Under the pieces are notes generated by a model. It was not told the DNA's origin, searched no databases, and saw nothing but the letters and a program-made list of their open reading frames with translations. Positions 48,320 through 60,400 of a stretch of 64,000 nt of DNA are shown here, in pieces (the stretch's first letter is position 1; each line of letters opens with the position of its first letter). Location of the stretch: assembly GCA_004431415.1 (NCBI GenBank), contig QPMI01000180.1:124001-188000 (forward strand), given 5' to 3'. The position numbers were made by a program, and so were the translations under genes. Origin of the DNA: Cyanophora paradoxa CCMP329. Its lineage: Eukaryota > Plantae > Glaucophyta.

Positions 48320-49446
48320 CGCCGCAGCCGGCGCCTCGGGGGCAGGAGGCGGGGGAGGAGCGGGAGGGGGAGGAGGGGGAGGGGGACGGGGGCGACGACG
48401 GCCTCTACGCCCTGCAGGAGGCGAGCCACGAGGGGGCGACGACCCTCGGGGCGGGCGGCGCCGGCCCGACGGGGACGGCGGCTACCCGACGAGAACGACG
48501 ACGAGGGCGACGAGGAGGGCCGCTGGTGCGCACGCCGCCGCGCGCCCGAGCGCGGGCCGGCAGGCGGGCGAGCGGGGCGGGGGCAGGCGGGGCGAGGGGG
48601 CGGGGAGGCGGGCGAGCTCGAGGAGGCGGAGCGGCTGCGCGAGCTCGCCGACGCCCACCGCCGCGTGCGGCCCCGCGCCCCGCCCCGCCCCGCCCCGCCC
48701 CGCCCGCCCCTCGCCGGCGGCGAGCGGCGGGGAGGCAGGGCGAGGAGGAGGCGCGGCGGCGCCTCGTGGAGGAGCGGCGCGCCCACCGGAGCGAGCTCGC
48801 CGCCCGCGAGGTCCGCCCCGCCCCGCCTCAGCCCGCCCCCGCCCCTGTCCTGAGCTCGATCCGGGGCGCAGGGGGAGCTCGCAGCGGTGCGGGGCGGCTG
48901 CGGGCGCTGGCGGAGGAGTACCGGGCCGCTCTCGACGGCTTTGCCCGCCAGCTCGCCGCCCCGGCCCCGCCCCCGCCCCGGGTCGCCCTGGCGGCGCTGG
49001 CGGCGCTGGCGGGGCAGGGGGCGGAGAAGGGGGCGGGGCGGGAGGCGGCGGCGGCGCTGGCGGAGCTCGAGGCGGCGGCGGCGCGCGCCGAGCTCGCGTA
49101 CCTCGCCACAGCGCGCCCCGCCCCGCCCCCGCCGCCCCGCCCGCGCCCCCCGCTGACCGCCCCGCAGGTCCGCCGCGACGCCGAGGCAGCCGGCGGCCCG
49201 GTGCGCGGGCGCGGGCGGGCGGGCGGGGCGGGGGGCGGGCGGGGCCTGAGGCGGGGCGGGGGCCGGCAGGAGCGGGAGGCGACGGTGGCGCTGGTGGCGC
49301 GGCAGGAGGCGCACCTGCTGGAGGCCCTCGCCGCCGCCCGCGCCCGCGCCGCCGCCGCCGCCGCCGCCACGCCTGCGGTTAACGGCGCGGGAGGGCGCGG
49401 CACCTCCCCCCCTGGCCAGGCCCCCCGCGACCGCGAAGCCCGCTGA
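46291..49446 (+). CDS. ARF-like GTPase with a long coiled-coil/poly-Gln extension, ARL13-like
   Basis: GLVNAGKTS, VWSNYLAESYGLIMVVDSAD, KPIAMLANKQDLPTAL, IGQGLRWIVNHI..ESLALKVKRDLAVQ. Confidence 0.75.
47939..48318 (+). repeat. Two CAG tracts (11 units at 47939-47971; 12 units at 48283-48318)
   Basis: Direct count. Confidence 0.9.
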
Positions 49447-49874
49447 GGCCCATCTAGATCTAGCGCTAGCATAATTCAACACAGTACATCATGGCATGTG
49501 ATCGTGGCGGCGTGCAGTTGCGCAGAACTAGTTGCGTCATGATTACGACTACCCCAGCTAGACCGGACCGGGGTATAGAGTTCGAATTTCGCCGAGCCTC
49601 CGAGTCCAGATCGATATCAGAGCCTCTTTCTAGGTACGTACCACGTATCTCGTCCCCGATCTCTGCAGAACGCGAAACGGCGAGAAAGAGCCTCAGAGAA
49701 AGGTGTTTTTCGAAGTTTTCGGAACTTCGTCAATGGCGTGGAGAAAGAGCCTGCGTACACTGGTACCGGAATTAATTGGGGTACGACCTTCGAAACTTCA
49801 ATTCGGACGCTATAGCTAGGCTCGTCGCTAGCGGCGGGAGCCTAGCGCTGCATGCGCGCAGCCAGCGCTAGCTA

Positions 49875-50102
49875 CCGTGTAATACTTAATTACCGCGCTG
49901 ACATAACTACTGCGCTACCATATTACTGCGCTCAAAAGTTTTAGAACGCAGTAATTTGGTAGCGCAATAAATGTCTTTTGTTAACACTTTTCTATGGGCG
50001 GATTGATAAGAACGCAGTAATTCGGTACCGCGCTAAAGCGCCTGCCGGCGCAGAAATTCTAGAACGCAGTAATTTGTGGCGCGGTAATTAAGTATTACAC
50101 GG
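49875..50102. mobile_element. 228-bp MITE with 24-bp perfect terminal inverted repeats and flanking TA, Tc1/mariner-pogo type
   Basis: TA|ccgtgtaatacttaattaccgcgc ... gcgcggtaattaagtattacacgg|TA; internal agaacgcagtaatt three times; AT-rich. Confidence 0.9.
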
Positions 50103-50521
50103 TAGCGCCCGCTTCGCATCGCTCCCGGCCGCGGCCCGCCGGCCGGGCCGCTACGTACATATCCTAGCTATAGCAGCTGCACTAGATCCGATATCTCATC
50201 TGCGTGCGCGCGCACGGATCCTTTGCAAGCGGCGAAACGAGCTCGAGAACTTCGGAAGCCGGCGCGCGTAGCACTAGTTTCCCAAGGGCTGGGCCTGAGA
50301 CGTTTCTCCTCGTCACGGCGTTGCGACTGCCCGGCGGCAGATCTAGAACCTCGAAGTTTGCTCCAGCTGCGGCGAGTTTCTGAAGCGAAGGCTAGGCGGC
50401 GGCGGCGGCCGCGGCGCGCGTTTTCGGAGCCGGACCCGGCCGGTGCGATGCCGGCGCATCCGATCATCGGATCAGAGCCGCGCGGAGGGCCGCGTGCTGA
50501 GGGGCGGGCGCGCAGGGAACG

Positions 50522-51901
50522 ATGGACTTTATCAGGAAAAACTTGAATTTCGTGCAGAAGATCCGGGAGGGCGTCTCCCGGGGCGGCGCGGTGGCGCCCG
50601 CCGAGCAGCCGCCGGCCGAGGCGGGCCTGGCGCCGGCTCCCCCCGCGCTGGACGAGAAGCCGAAGCGGCTGCGGGCGGTGGCGGTGCGGGCGGCGCGGGG
50701 CTCGCTGCCGCCGCTGGAGGGGCCGGAGGGCCCGCTGGTGCTGGGCCTGGACGGCGACTCGAGCGCCGCCTCGTCTGAGGAGGAGCCCCTCGAGCTCCCG
50801 AGCTCCGGCCGCCCTCCGCGGCTCCGACTCCTCCGGCCGCGCCCACTCGCCCCGTCCCGCCGCCCCTCCGCCTGCTCCTCGGCTCGCCCCCGGGCCCGGG
50901 GCGCGGCGGCGGCGCTCGTCGCTGCTGGGCGAGGAGGGCGAGGAGGCGGCGCTGAACCCGTGCTTCGCCGGGCTGCCGCGCCTCGCCGCGCGCGCCACGG
51001 CCATCATATGGCGCGCCTCCCTCGCCGGCGTGCGGGCGCCCCCGAGGCGCTCTGCCCGCGCGGCCCGCGCCTCGCGCCGGCCCTCGACTACGCCCAGTAC
51101 GAGGCCTTTCACCTCGGTCCGCCCCGCCCCGGCCCGCCGGCCCCGGGCCCCGCCGGCCCCCGCTGAGCGGCCGCCCGCGCGCGCAGGCCTGCACCGGGCG
51201 CTGACGCCGCCGGCGCTCGCCTCCGCGTGGCGCCTCTCCGAAGCCCGCGCCCTCGCCGCCGTGCGCCCCGCCCCCCGCCCGCGCCGCGCCGGGGCAGGCG
51301 CTGAGGCGGCGGGGCAGGCGAACTGGCGGTCGGACGCGGGGCGGGAGCGGCACGGGATGGGGCGGGACGCCTTCGAGCGGAGCCTGGTGATCGTGGCGCG
51401 GAGCGTGGCGGAGGAGATGGGCCGCCGCGGCCTCGCCCCCGCCGCGCGCCTCCTCGCCGCCGAGCACGGGCTGCCGGCCTGCCCCGCCTCCCTCTTCCTC
51501 CTCGCCCTCGCCGCGCGGATCACGACCGCGGGCCCCGCCTCGCCCCCGACCACGCCCTCCTCGCCGCCGGCGCCTGGCCGGCCGCCCCGACGCCGCCCTC
51601 CGCCCCTGGCACGGTCCGCCCGCCCCGCCCCGCCCCGCCCCGCTGCTGGGCGCTGAGGCGGGCCGCAGAGGTCGAGTTCAACGCGTGCGCGCTGTCGGCC
51701 CTCGCGGAGCTCCTCGGGCCCCGCCCCGCACGCCCCGCCCCGCTCCCGCCCCGCCTCTCCACGCCCGATCGCGAGGCGCCGCGGGAGGCGCTGGCGGAGG
51801 AGGCGGTGGAGGGGGCCGGGGGCGCCGCCCTCCAGAAGCGCGCCCTCCTCAACCGCCTCACCGGCCTCCTCGATCGCGGCGCCCGTCGCCCCTCCACCTG
51901 A
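50522..51901 (+). CDS. Hypothetical protein, copy 1 of a tandem duplication (frameshifts in C-runs)
   Basis: MDFIRKNLNFVQKIREG..LDYAQYEAFHLG-LHRAL..ANWRSDAG..MGRDAFERSL; near-identical to 53013-54401. Confidence 0.7.
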
Positions 51902-53012
51902 CCGCCGCCGCCAGCCGCCCCATGGCCAGTTACCACCCGCCTCCCTTTCGCGTTAAATTATCATAGTATTGGGAAACGTAGCGCTGTTTCGAGTAATTAG
52001 GCTTCGGAATTGCTCTTGTTCGCATGTAGGCGCCGCCATCTTCAATTTAATTTATGATTGTACACGGTTGTACAGCTTCGAAAATTCGGCCGCCGCGCGC
52101 GGCGGTAGGCCTGTAGGCCGCGGCCTGTGCGAGGGCGTCGGCCCGGCGGGTCCGCCGCGTCGAGCTCGCGATGCCGGCGGGCGCGGCGACATCGCGGTCG
52201 ACGTCGCTCCTATCGGTAGCTAGCTAAAGACTTCGAATTTGATCGCGAATTCGGCCTTCTCGTTCTTTGAAATTCGGGGACCAAGGCGACGTCGACATCG
52301 CGCCCTTCTAGATCTCGGATCCGGATTTCGGACACGCGTGTGTCCGGTACAATGTGTTCGGAACACGTTATACCTACGAGCCTCCGAGCTTCGCCAACAT
52401 GACGCGAAGTTGCGCACAAAGTTGCCACAAACTTGCCACAAAGAGGTTCCGCGAAAAAAGGGGTCTTGCCCTTTTTTACGTGGAGCCCGGTGGAGGAAAG
52501 AGCCTACGGCGGTCGAAATTTAACGCTAAGAGCCTGTACTTTGCTAGCTATAGCGCTCCGGCCCGGATCGGAGAAGCGCGCGGAACCGAGGACGAGGACG
52601 TCCAGAGTGTGAGGCCTACTTCCGCCCGCGCTCCTGCGAGCGCGCATCGCAAATCTTGACTTGAGAAGAAGCCGGCCGCGCAGCAGCGTGTCGTGCTAGA
52701 AGTGAAGAAGGCGCACACCCGCTATCCTAGCAGCTACTCCAGATTTCATCGGCGCGCGCGCGCGAGACAAACGAGCAAGCCGGCGCGCGTGTAGTTTCCC
52801 AAGCCTGGGCCTGAAGCGTTTCTCCTCGTCACGGCTTTGCGACTGCCCAGCGGCAGAACCCTGAAGTTTGCTCCAGCTGCGGCGAGTTTCCGAAGCGGCG
52901 GCGGCGGCGCGCGTTTTCGGAGCCGGCCGGTGCGATATTGATGCCGGCGCATCCGATCAGAGCCGCGCGGAGGGCCGCGTGCTGATCATGAGGGGCGGGC
53001 GCGCAGGGAACG

Positions 53013-54401
53013 ATGGACTTCATTAGGAAAAACTTGAATTTCGTGCAGAAGATCCGGGAGGGCGTCTCCCGGGGCGGCGCGGTGGCGCCCGCCGAGCAGC
53101 CGCCGGCCGAGGCGGGCGCGGCGCCGGCTCCCCCCGCGCTGGACGAGAAGCCGAAGCGGCTGCGGGCGGTGGCGGTGCGGGCGGCGCGGGGCTCGCTGCC
53201 GCCGCTGGAGGGGCCGGAGGGCCCGCTGGTGCTGGGCCTGGACGGCGACTCGAGCGCCGCCTCGTCTGAGGAGGAGCCCCTCGAGCTCCCCGAGCTCCGG
53301 CCGCCCTCCCGCGGCTCCGACTCCTCCGGCCGCGCCCACTCGCCCCCGTCCCGCCGCCCCTCCGCCTCCTCCCTCGGCTCGCCCCCGGGGCCCGGGGCGC
53401 GGCGGCGGCGCTCGTCGCTGCTGAGCGAGGAGGGCGAGGAGGCGGCGCTGAACCCGTGCTTCGCCGGGCTGCCGCGCCTCGCCGCGCGCGCCACGGCCAT
53501 CATATGGCGCGCCTCCCTCGCCGGCGTGCGGGCGCCCCCGAGGCGCTCTGCCCGCGCGGCCCGCGCCTCGCGCCGGCCCTCGACTACGCCCAGTACGAGG
53601 CCTTTCACCTCGGTCCGCCCCGCCCCGGCCCCGCCGGCCCCGGGCCCCGCCGGCCCCGCTGAGCGGCCGCCCGCGCGCGCAGGCCTGCACCGGGCGCTGA
53701 CGCCGCCGGCGCTCGCCTCCGCGTGGCGCCTCTCCGAAGCCCGCGCCCTCGCCGCCGTGCGCCCCGCCCCCGCCCGCGCCGCGCCGGGGCAGGCGCTGAG
53801 GCGGCGGGGCAGGCGAACTGGCGGTCGGACGCGGGGCGGGAGCGGCACGGGATGGGGCGGGACGCCTTCGAGCGGAGCCTGGTGATCGTGGCGCGGAGCG
53901 TGGCGGAGGAGATGGGCCGCCGCGGCCTCGCCCCCGCCGCGCGCCTCCTCGCCGCCGAGCACGGGCTGCCGGCCTGCCCCGCCTCCCTCTTCCTCCTCGC
54001 CCTCGCCGCGCGGATCACGACCGCGGGCCCCCGCCTCGCCCCCGACCACGCCCTCCTCGCCGCCGGCGCCTGGCCGGCCGCCCCCGACGCCGCCCTCCGC
54101 CCCTGGCACGGTCCGCCCGCCCCGCCCCGCCCCGCCCCGCTGCTGGGCGCTGAGGCGGGCCGCAGAGGTCGAGTTCAACGCGTGCGCGCTGTCGGCCCTC
54201 GCGGAGCTCCTCGGGCCCCGCCCCGCACGCCCCGCCCCGCTCCCGCCCCGCCTCTCCAGGCCCGAGGCGCCGGCGGGGCCGGGGGCGGGGGCGGGGCGGG
54301 CGGAGCTCGAGGAGGCGGTGGAGGGGGCCGGGGGCGCCGCCCTCCAGAAGCGCGCCCTCCTCAACCGCCTCACCGGCCTCCTCGACGCCCACCGCCTCTG
54401 A
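53013..54401 (+). CDS. Hypothetical protein, copy 2 of the tandem duplication
   Basis: Same exons and introns as copy 1; homology spans about 50161-51891 versus 52724-54385. Confidence 0.75.
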
Positions 54402-55628
54402 TCGATGTTACGACCGCCATCCGGGCCTGCGACCCGGCGCAGGGGCACGTCTTAGATCTTCCTTCCGCTTATAATTATAAAATTAACAATTTGCATTGGA
54501 ATCTTCTTTGCCCTCGTTTCGCATGGGCCCTCGCATGCTGCGGCCTCTCTTTATGCAACGATAGATTTTCAATAGTAACTTGTGAGCACACTTAACTTTC
54601 CGCTTTCAGATCTCTGCTTTAGCTCTTGGATTGTGCATACTATCTTACATCACCGTAGTACAGTAAGTTGGCTAGTAGCCTTGCATTCGTTGTTCGTCTA
54701 GATCTATACTGCTAGATCTACACGCCCGAAGCTTTGATCATGAGGTCTAGGATTACTCAGTTATAATCTAAGCTGTATCTAACATATTATCATAGTATAG
54801 AGGCAGCCTGGCAGTGCGAGCAGTCTCAGTCAACCATGCATGTGGCTCTAGCTACACTATAATTTACATTATACTAGTCTAGTAAACGTATAATTATAAC
54901 CAGGTTCCAGAGCCCCTACGTGCTGGCATTGCGTGAGGGGTCTTCAACACAGATTTTCTTCAGGACTCCGGGAGCAGGGGTGGGGCTTGCAATTGTGATC
55001 TTGAAGGCCTAGGGTGGGTTTGGACAAGCTGAGGGGACCGGGAGTATGGCCATGGTGCACGCGGCATGACCGTGCATCAGGAACAAATTGATCATCGGAT
55101 GGCCGCGGCCGGGCCGTCATCATGGCATGGGAAACTTGAAAACAAACTTGATTATCATTTCGAATCGATGAGCAAGAAATCACAAAATTAATTTAGTAAA
55201 GGGGGAGAAACTTGAAACTTGAAATCTGACTCAGAGATCCTGCACTAGCGCTAAGCTTAAGACTCTGAGAGTCACTGAGTACAGTGTACTAGTCATCATT
55301 GGCACCGTGGCACTGCGCAGCCGGGCATGCCGCAGTCATGCTCATCATGGCATACCGCGCAGTGTCTATGATGCGATCATCGGATCTTTGATGCAGGCCC
55401 AGGCCACCCTCAGCCCTCAAGCCTTGAAGGTCACTAGTACTGATCATGCCATGATGAGTCAAGGCCTCGCACCTGGCCCGTGGGGCTGGCAATCCATGCA
55501 CTGCGGCAAGCAGCCGCGGGACGTCGAGAGACAACTCGGGCCGGATTGCAGGGATGATCGCGATAATCATAAAACAAAATAAAATCTACACTTGACAGCT
55601 ATATAGCTAGCTAGAGGCGCATCTTTGC

Positions 55629-56593
55629 ATGCCGGCGACGAACTCGTACCCGCAGCGCGAGTTCATCGAGTTCTGCCTCCAGCGGGGTCTGCACGACAGG
55701 CAGGGCTCGGTCCTGCCGGCGTCGGAGGCTACACTCTGCTTCTTCGCGGCGCACCTCTTCCGCCGTGGCGGCGTCGCCCCGCCATCCATCCGCACGTACA
55801 TCACGGCCGTGCAGTCGCTGCACGTCGACTCCGGCTTCAGCACTTTCTGGGGCTCCATGCCGCGCCTCGCCCGGCTCCTCGAGGGCATCGCCCGCGTGGC
55901 CGACCCTCGCCCCAAACTCTGCCGCGACCCGATCACGCGCGGACAGCTCAGTGACCTCGCCCAGTATGCAGCCGCCCACCCGTCACCTGAGACGCGGCTC
56001 CTCTGGGCCGCCTTTTCCACCGCCTTCTTCGGCTTCTTCCGCTGCAGCGAGGTCTGTGCTGTCCGCCTCCCTGTGCCCGACCCGGCCCGGCTCTTCCAGC
56101 GCCGCGACCTCCGCTTCTTCACGGACGAGGGCGAGAGCTTCGCCCGCCTCCGCCTGAAGAAGTCGAAGACCGATCAGCGAGGCCAGGGCTGTGACGTCGA
56201 CATTCCCATGTCGGCGGCCTGGAGTGCGCTCACTGCGCCCTCGAGGCCCTCGCCCTCTCCTGGACGGGCCCCGCCCGCCCTGACGCCTACATCTTCGCAC
56301 ATGCCGCCACCGGCCAGCCGCTGACCCGTTCGGAGCTGCATGCCGCCCTCCGCAACTGGCTCCACGCCCTCGGCTACGCAGCCGACCCCCTGCTGCCGCA
56401 CAGCTTCCGCATCGGCGCCGCCACCGCGGCGTTCGAGGCCGGCCTCCCTGACTACGCTATCCAGCTCCTCGGCCGCTGGCGGTCCGACGCTTTCCAGCTG
56501 TACATCCGTGCGCGCCCCGAGCTCGTCCGCCGCCAGCGGGGCCTCCTCCTCGCCAGCAGCCACGCGCCCCCAGCCGCAGTGCCCTCCAGCTGA
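55629..56593 (+). CDS. Tyrosine recombinase of the Ngaro/DIRS element, intronless, one frameshift near 56205
   Basis: SIRTYITAV; AFFGFFRCSE; LKKSKTDQ; HSFRIGAATAA; IQLLGRWRSDAFQLYIR. Confidence 0.9.
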
Positions 56594-56664
56594 CCTTCAT
56601 TCATCACACACCTCTCTCCATGGGTGCCAGCGCGCGGCGCCCACTTCGCAGCCGCCGCCCGCCT

Positions 56665-57251
56665 CGGCGCCTTGGTCCTGCCTCTCCCCTGCTTCGCGTA
56701 CCCTAGGCCAGACTGCCGTACCCAGGACAGGTGTTGCGAACTAGCCCTAGTTCACGTACCCCTCTGCCTGCTACGGACTCTAGCCCAGTTTCACGCTCAG
56801 GATTTTCACAGGCCCGAGGCAGTCCCCTTCTTGGCACCCATTTCGAGTTGTGTATGCATATACTAGATTAGCATATGACCATGCTAGCGACGCAGAGCTC
56901 ACAGCACTGCGGGAGTGTACCCTCTATTGCTAAGAGTAAACTCGCTAGGGTTGATTGATAGTAAAGTAGTTTACTTAGGTCAACCCGCGAGTAGACGTAG
57001 AGCAGCTGTACCCGAGGCACGACTGCCCGCCCCTCTTCAGTTGTTGTACCCCGAGTGCGCCGTCGCGCCTCGAGCTCTCCCACCCGACCCTACCCTATGT
57101 ATACGGCGCCTTGGTCCTGCCTCTCCCCTGCTTCGCGTACCCTAGGCCAGACTGCCGTACCCAGGACAGGTGTTGCGAACTAGCCCTAGTTCACGTACCC
57201 CTCTGCCTGCTACGGACTCTAGCCCAGTTTCACGCTCAGGATTTTCACAGG
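56665..57251 (+). repeat. Identical 148-bp direct repeats at 56665-56812 and 57104-57251
   Basis: Base-by-base comparison, cggcgccttggtcctg...ggattttcacagg. Confidence 0.95.
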
Positions 57252-57418
57252 GTACGCGTACGTATGCTAGTCATGGAGAAATATGGGGGTCGAGGGGGTT
57301 ACCAGCGGAGCCTGCGGGGGCCGGGAGTCAGGGGGGGGGTCGCTGGGGCGGGGTGCGCGCGGTTGCGGGGAGGGGCGCGCCTCGCCACGGCCGGCGCGGG
57401 CGCGGGGCCCCCCGGGCG

Positions 57419-60400
57419 TCAGACGGGGAAGACGGTGTCGTCCGGGGGCGCGGCGGTGCGGCGCATGGCGCGGAGGCCGGCGATGACCGACGCGCACGTC
57501 CGCTTCCAGCGCGCCGTCGCCTGCCACCGCCCGAAGTTGGCCATCACCTGCCGCCCGCCCGCCCCGCCTCAGCCGGCCGCCCGAGCGCAGGCCGCGGCAG
57601 GGGCCGCCGGGCGGGGCGGGGCGGGCCTGGTTGTAGTAGACGCCGAGCTCGGGGAGGCCCTCGGCGATGGTCTTGTACAGGGGGATGACGATGACGCGGA
57701 AGAAGAAGAGCTGGCCCTCCGCCCACGCCAGCTGCTGCTCGAACGCCGACCCCTTCGTGTCCATCCCCGGCGACACCTTGAAACCCAGCGCCACCTCCCG
57801 CCTGCCCCCGCACGCACGCCTCAGGTCCGGGGCGCGCGCAGCGGCGCCGGGGCGGGGAGGCGCGGGCGGACCGGCCCTGGCGGAGGAACTCCTGGCGGAG
57901 GCGGCGGGACCAGTAGATGGCGTTGTCGAAGCCGCGGGCGGCGTTGGAGAGGTCGGCGCACTTGATCATCATCTCGCCGAGCAGGCGCGCCTCCTGGAAC
58001 GAGAAGCCGCCGCCCAGCTTCGAGATGGCGGCCTCGGGGGGCGAGCCGGCCGGGAACGAGCGCGCGTACTCGCGGATGTACGACGCGTTGCGCGTCACGT
58101 CCGTGGCGAGCACGAGGGCGCGCAGCATCGCCCGGAAGCGGGCGCGCTGGCGGGGCGCAGGCGGTCGAGGATGGCGGCGGGGCGGAGGGCGCGGAGGGCG
58201 GGCTCGAGGGGGCGCTGGGCCGGCGGGGAGAGGGCGCGGGAGGGGAGGTGGAGCGGGGCGGGCTCTCCGGGGTGCGCCCCAGGCCCGGGGCGGCGGAGCG
58301 GCCATGCGGGATGCCGCGGACGTAGGCGAGCGAGGCGCGCCGCCCGTCCCGCATCGGCGCGCGCTGCCCGTCGCCGTCGCGCGAGGGCTGCGGCGAGGGC
58401 GTCGCGCTGCGCGGGATGGACACAGGCGCGCGCTCGAGGGAGCGCCGGCGCTCGCGCTCGCGCTCGGGGCGCCAGCGGCGGGGCGAGGCCTCGTCGCCCT
58501 CCTCGCGCGGCTCCGAGGCCGCCGGCGAGGGGGCGTCCCCCAGGTCCACCACCGGCGGCGCCTCGAGCTCCAGGCTGTACGCCCGCCGCCGGCCCCGCTC
58601 CAGGCCCCGCTCCCGCCGGCTCTGGTGCGAGGCCGGCGCCGCGAACGGGTCCCGCGGCCGCTGCGGCGCCGTCGAGTCGTCGTACTCGTGCCCGTACGCC
58701 TGCGCCGGCCCCCCTCAGCGCCCAAGGCGGGGCGGCGGCGGGGGCGGCGGGCCCCGCACGCACCAGGTCCTCGTCCTCTGCCGCCTCCGCCCCCTCCAGC
58801 TCCAGCAGCTGCAGCGCGCAGTGCAGCTGCGCGGCGCAGCTTTCAGGCCGCGCAGGGGAGGAAAGGGCGGGGCGGGGCGGGGCGGGGCCCGGGCTCGAGC
58901 GCAAGCGGCGCGCACGTGCATCTTCTCGAGGGTGGAGACGGGCCCGTACTTGAGGAACGCCTCCGAGCGCGTCGCCTGCCCGCCCCGCCCCGCGTCGCCT
59001 CGCGGCCCACCCCACCGAGCGCCCCGCGGCCCGGCGCCCCGCGGCCAAGGCGCACCCCCTGGAAGAGGTTCGTGGTCCCCGGGTGGCTCAGGTCGTGGCA
59101 CAGCGCCGCCACGATGCACGCCAGCTGGTCCTCCTGCGCCCGACGGTTGGACCCGGAGGCGGCGGGGTGGCCCCGGGCGGGGTGGGCGGGCCGGGTGCGC
59201 ACCGGCGCGAGGTACCGCCGGCGGTTGCAGAGCAGGCGGATCATGACGTACATGCTGCGGGCGGATCAGGGTGCGCCGAGCGGCCGGAGAGGCGGGCGAC
59301 GCACCAGTGGCAAACGTCGAGGGCGTGCTGGAAGCCGTGGAAGGGGGCGGGACTGTACAGCTGCCGCACCGCCTGCGGCGCCGGGCGTCACGCGGCGGAG
59401 GGCGAGCGCGGCGTATGCGGGCCGAGCGGGGCCGCACGGAGAGGAAGGGGCGGAGGACGGTGCGGGTGATGCCGAAGCGGGAGTCGAGGCGGAGGCCGTG
59501 CAGCATCGCGTGCAGGAACTCCTCGTGCCGCTCCGCCGGGATGCGCCACGTGCACAGGCACGGGTCGTCGATCTGCGGGGGCGGCGGAGCGCGTCGGGGC
59601 GGGCTGCGGGCGGCGGGCGGGCGGGCGGGCGGGGCGGACGATGGAGGCGAGGTCGACGTGGTCGGGGATCATCTCGGGCCCGCGCAGCTCCGCCGCCAGC
59701 GCCTCGGCCGCCGCCGCAACCACCGCCGCGATTTCCGACGGGTCCGGCGGCGCCGTGGAGGGCCGCCGCGAGGTCGAGATGGGCGGGGGCGGCTCGAGGA
59801 GGGCCGGGCCCGAGGCGATGGGCCGGTGCGCGAGGGGCAGCAGGTCCGCCAGGTGCTCCGAGCGCACGAGGAAGAAGCACGCCGGCTCGCCCCGGGGCGG
59901 GGCGGGGCGGGGGCGCCGGGCGCGGCCGCCGGGGCGACGGCCGGGGCGGGGGCCGCGGGGGCGGGGCGGGGGCGGGGCGGGTGCGGGGCCCCGGGCTCGA
60001 AGGTGAAGCCGCGGGCGCGGAGGCGCTCCTCGACGGCGGGGAGCAGGCGATGCGGCGGGGCGGCGCGAGGGCCTCCATGCGGCGCGCCCCCTCCACCCCC
60101 TCCCCCACGCCTCGAACAGCATCCGCTTCCGGCTCACCAGCCCTGCCCCCCCGCCCCGCCCGCTCTCAGCGCCCCCCGGGCGGGGTGGGGGCGGGGGCGG
60201 GGCGGGCGCGCCGGCGAGGCAGGGGCCGGTGTGGATGCCGACGCGGAGCTCGACGGGGCGGCCGTCGGGGAGGCGGGCGCTCTTGGCGACGGAGGTGAGG
60301 TCCAGGGCGAGGTTCGCGGCGCTCTCGAGGGCGCCGCGCTCGGGCGCGAGGACGAGGAGCGAGTCGACGCCGCCGCGCAGGCGCTCGAGCTTGCCGCGGT

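Larger units (their letters stand above)
55629..57251 (+). mobile_element. 5'-truncated Ngaro-type (DIRS order) tyrosine-recombinase retrotransposon: YR ORF followed by B1-A-B2 split direct repeats
   Basis: YR ORF, then two identical 148-bp repeats separated by 291 bp; no gag/RT/RNase H visible upstream. Confidence 0.85.

Noticed and set aside
50790-50900. Frameshifts suggesting pseudogenes or programmed frameshifting (also in the PPR, F-box 10444-11884, BRCA2 and YR genes)
   Set aside because: Against copy 2 the differences are single-base losses in C/G runs, typical of long-read consensus error; cannot be resolved without reads
56665-57251. Direct repeats read as LTRs or phage att sites
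   Set aside because: Both copies lie downstream of the recombinase and lack TG..CA ends; this fits Ngaro split direct repeats
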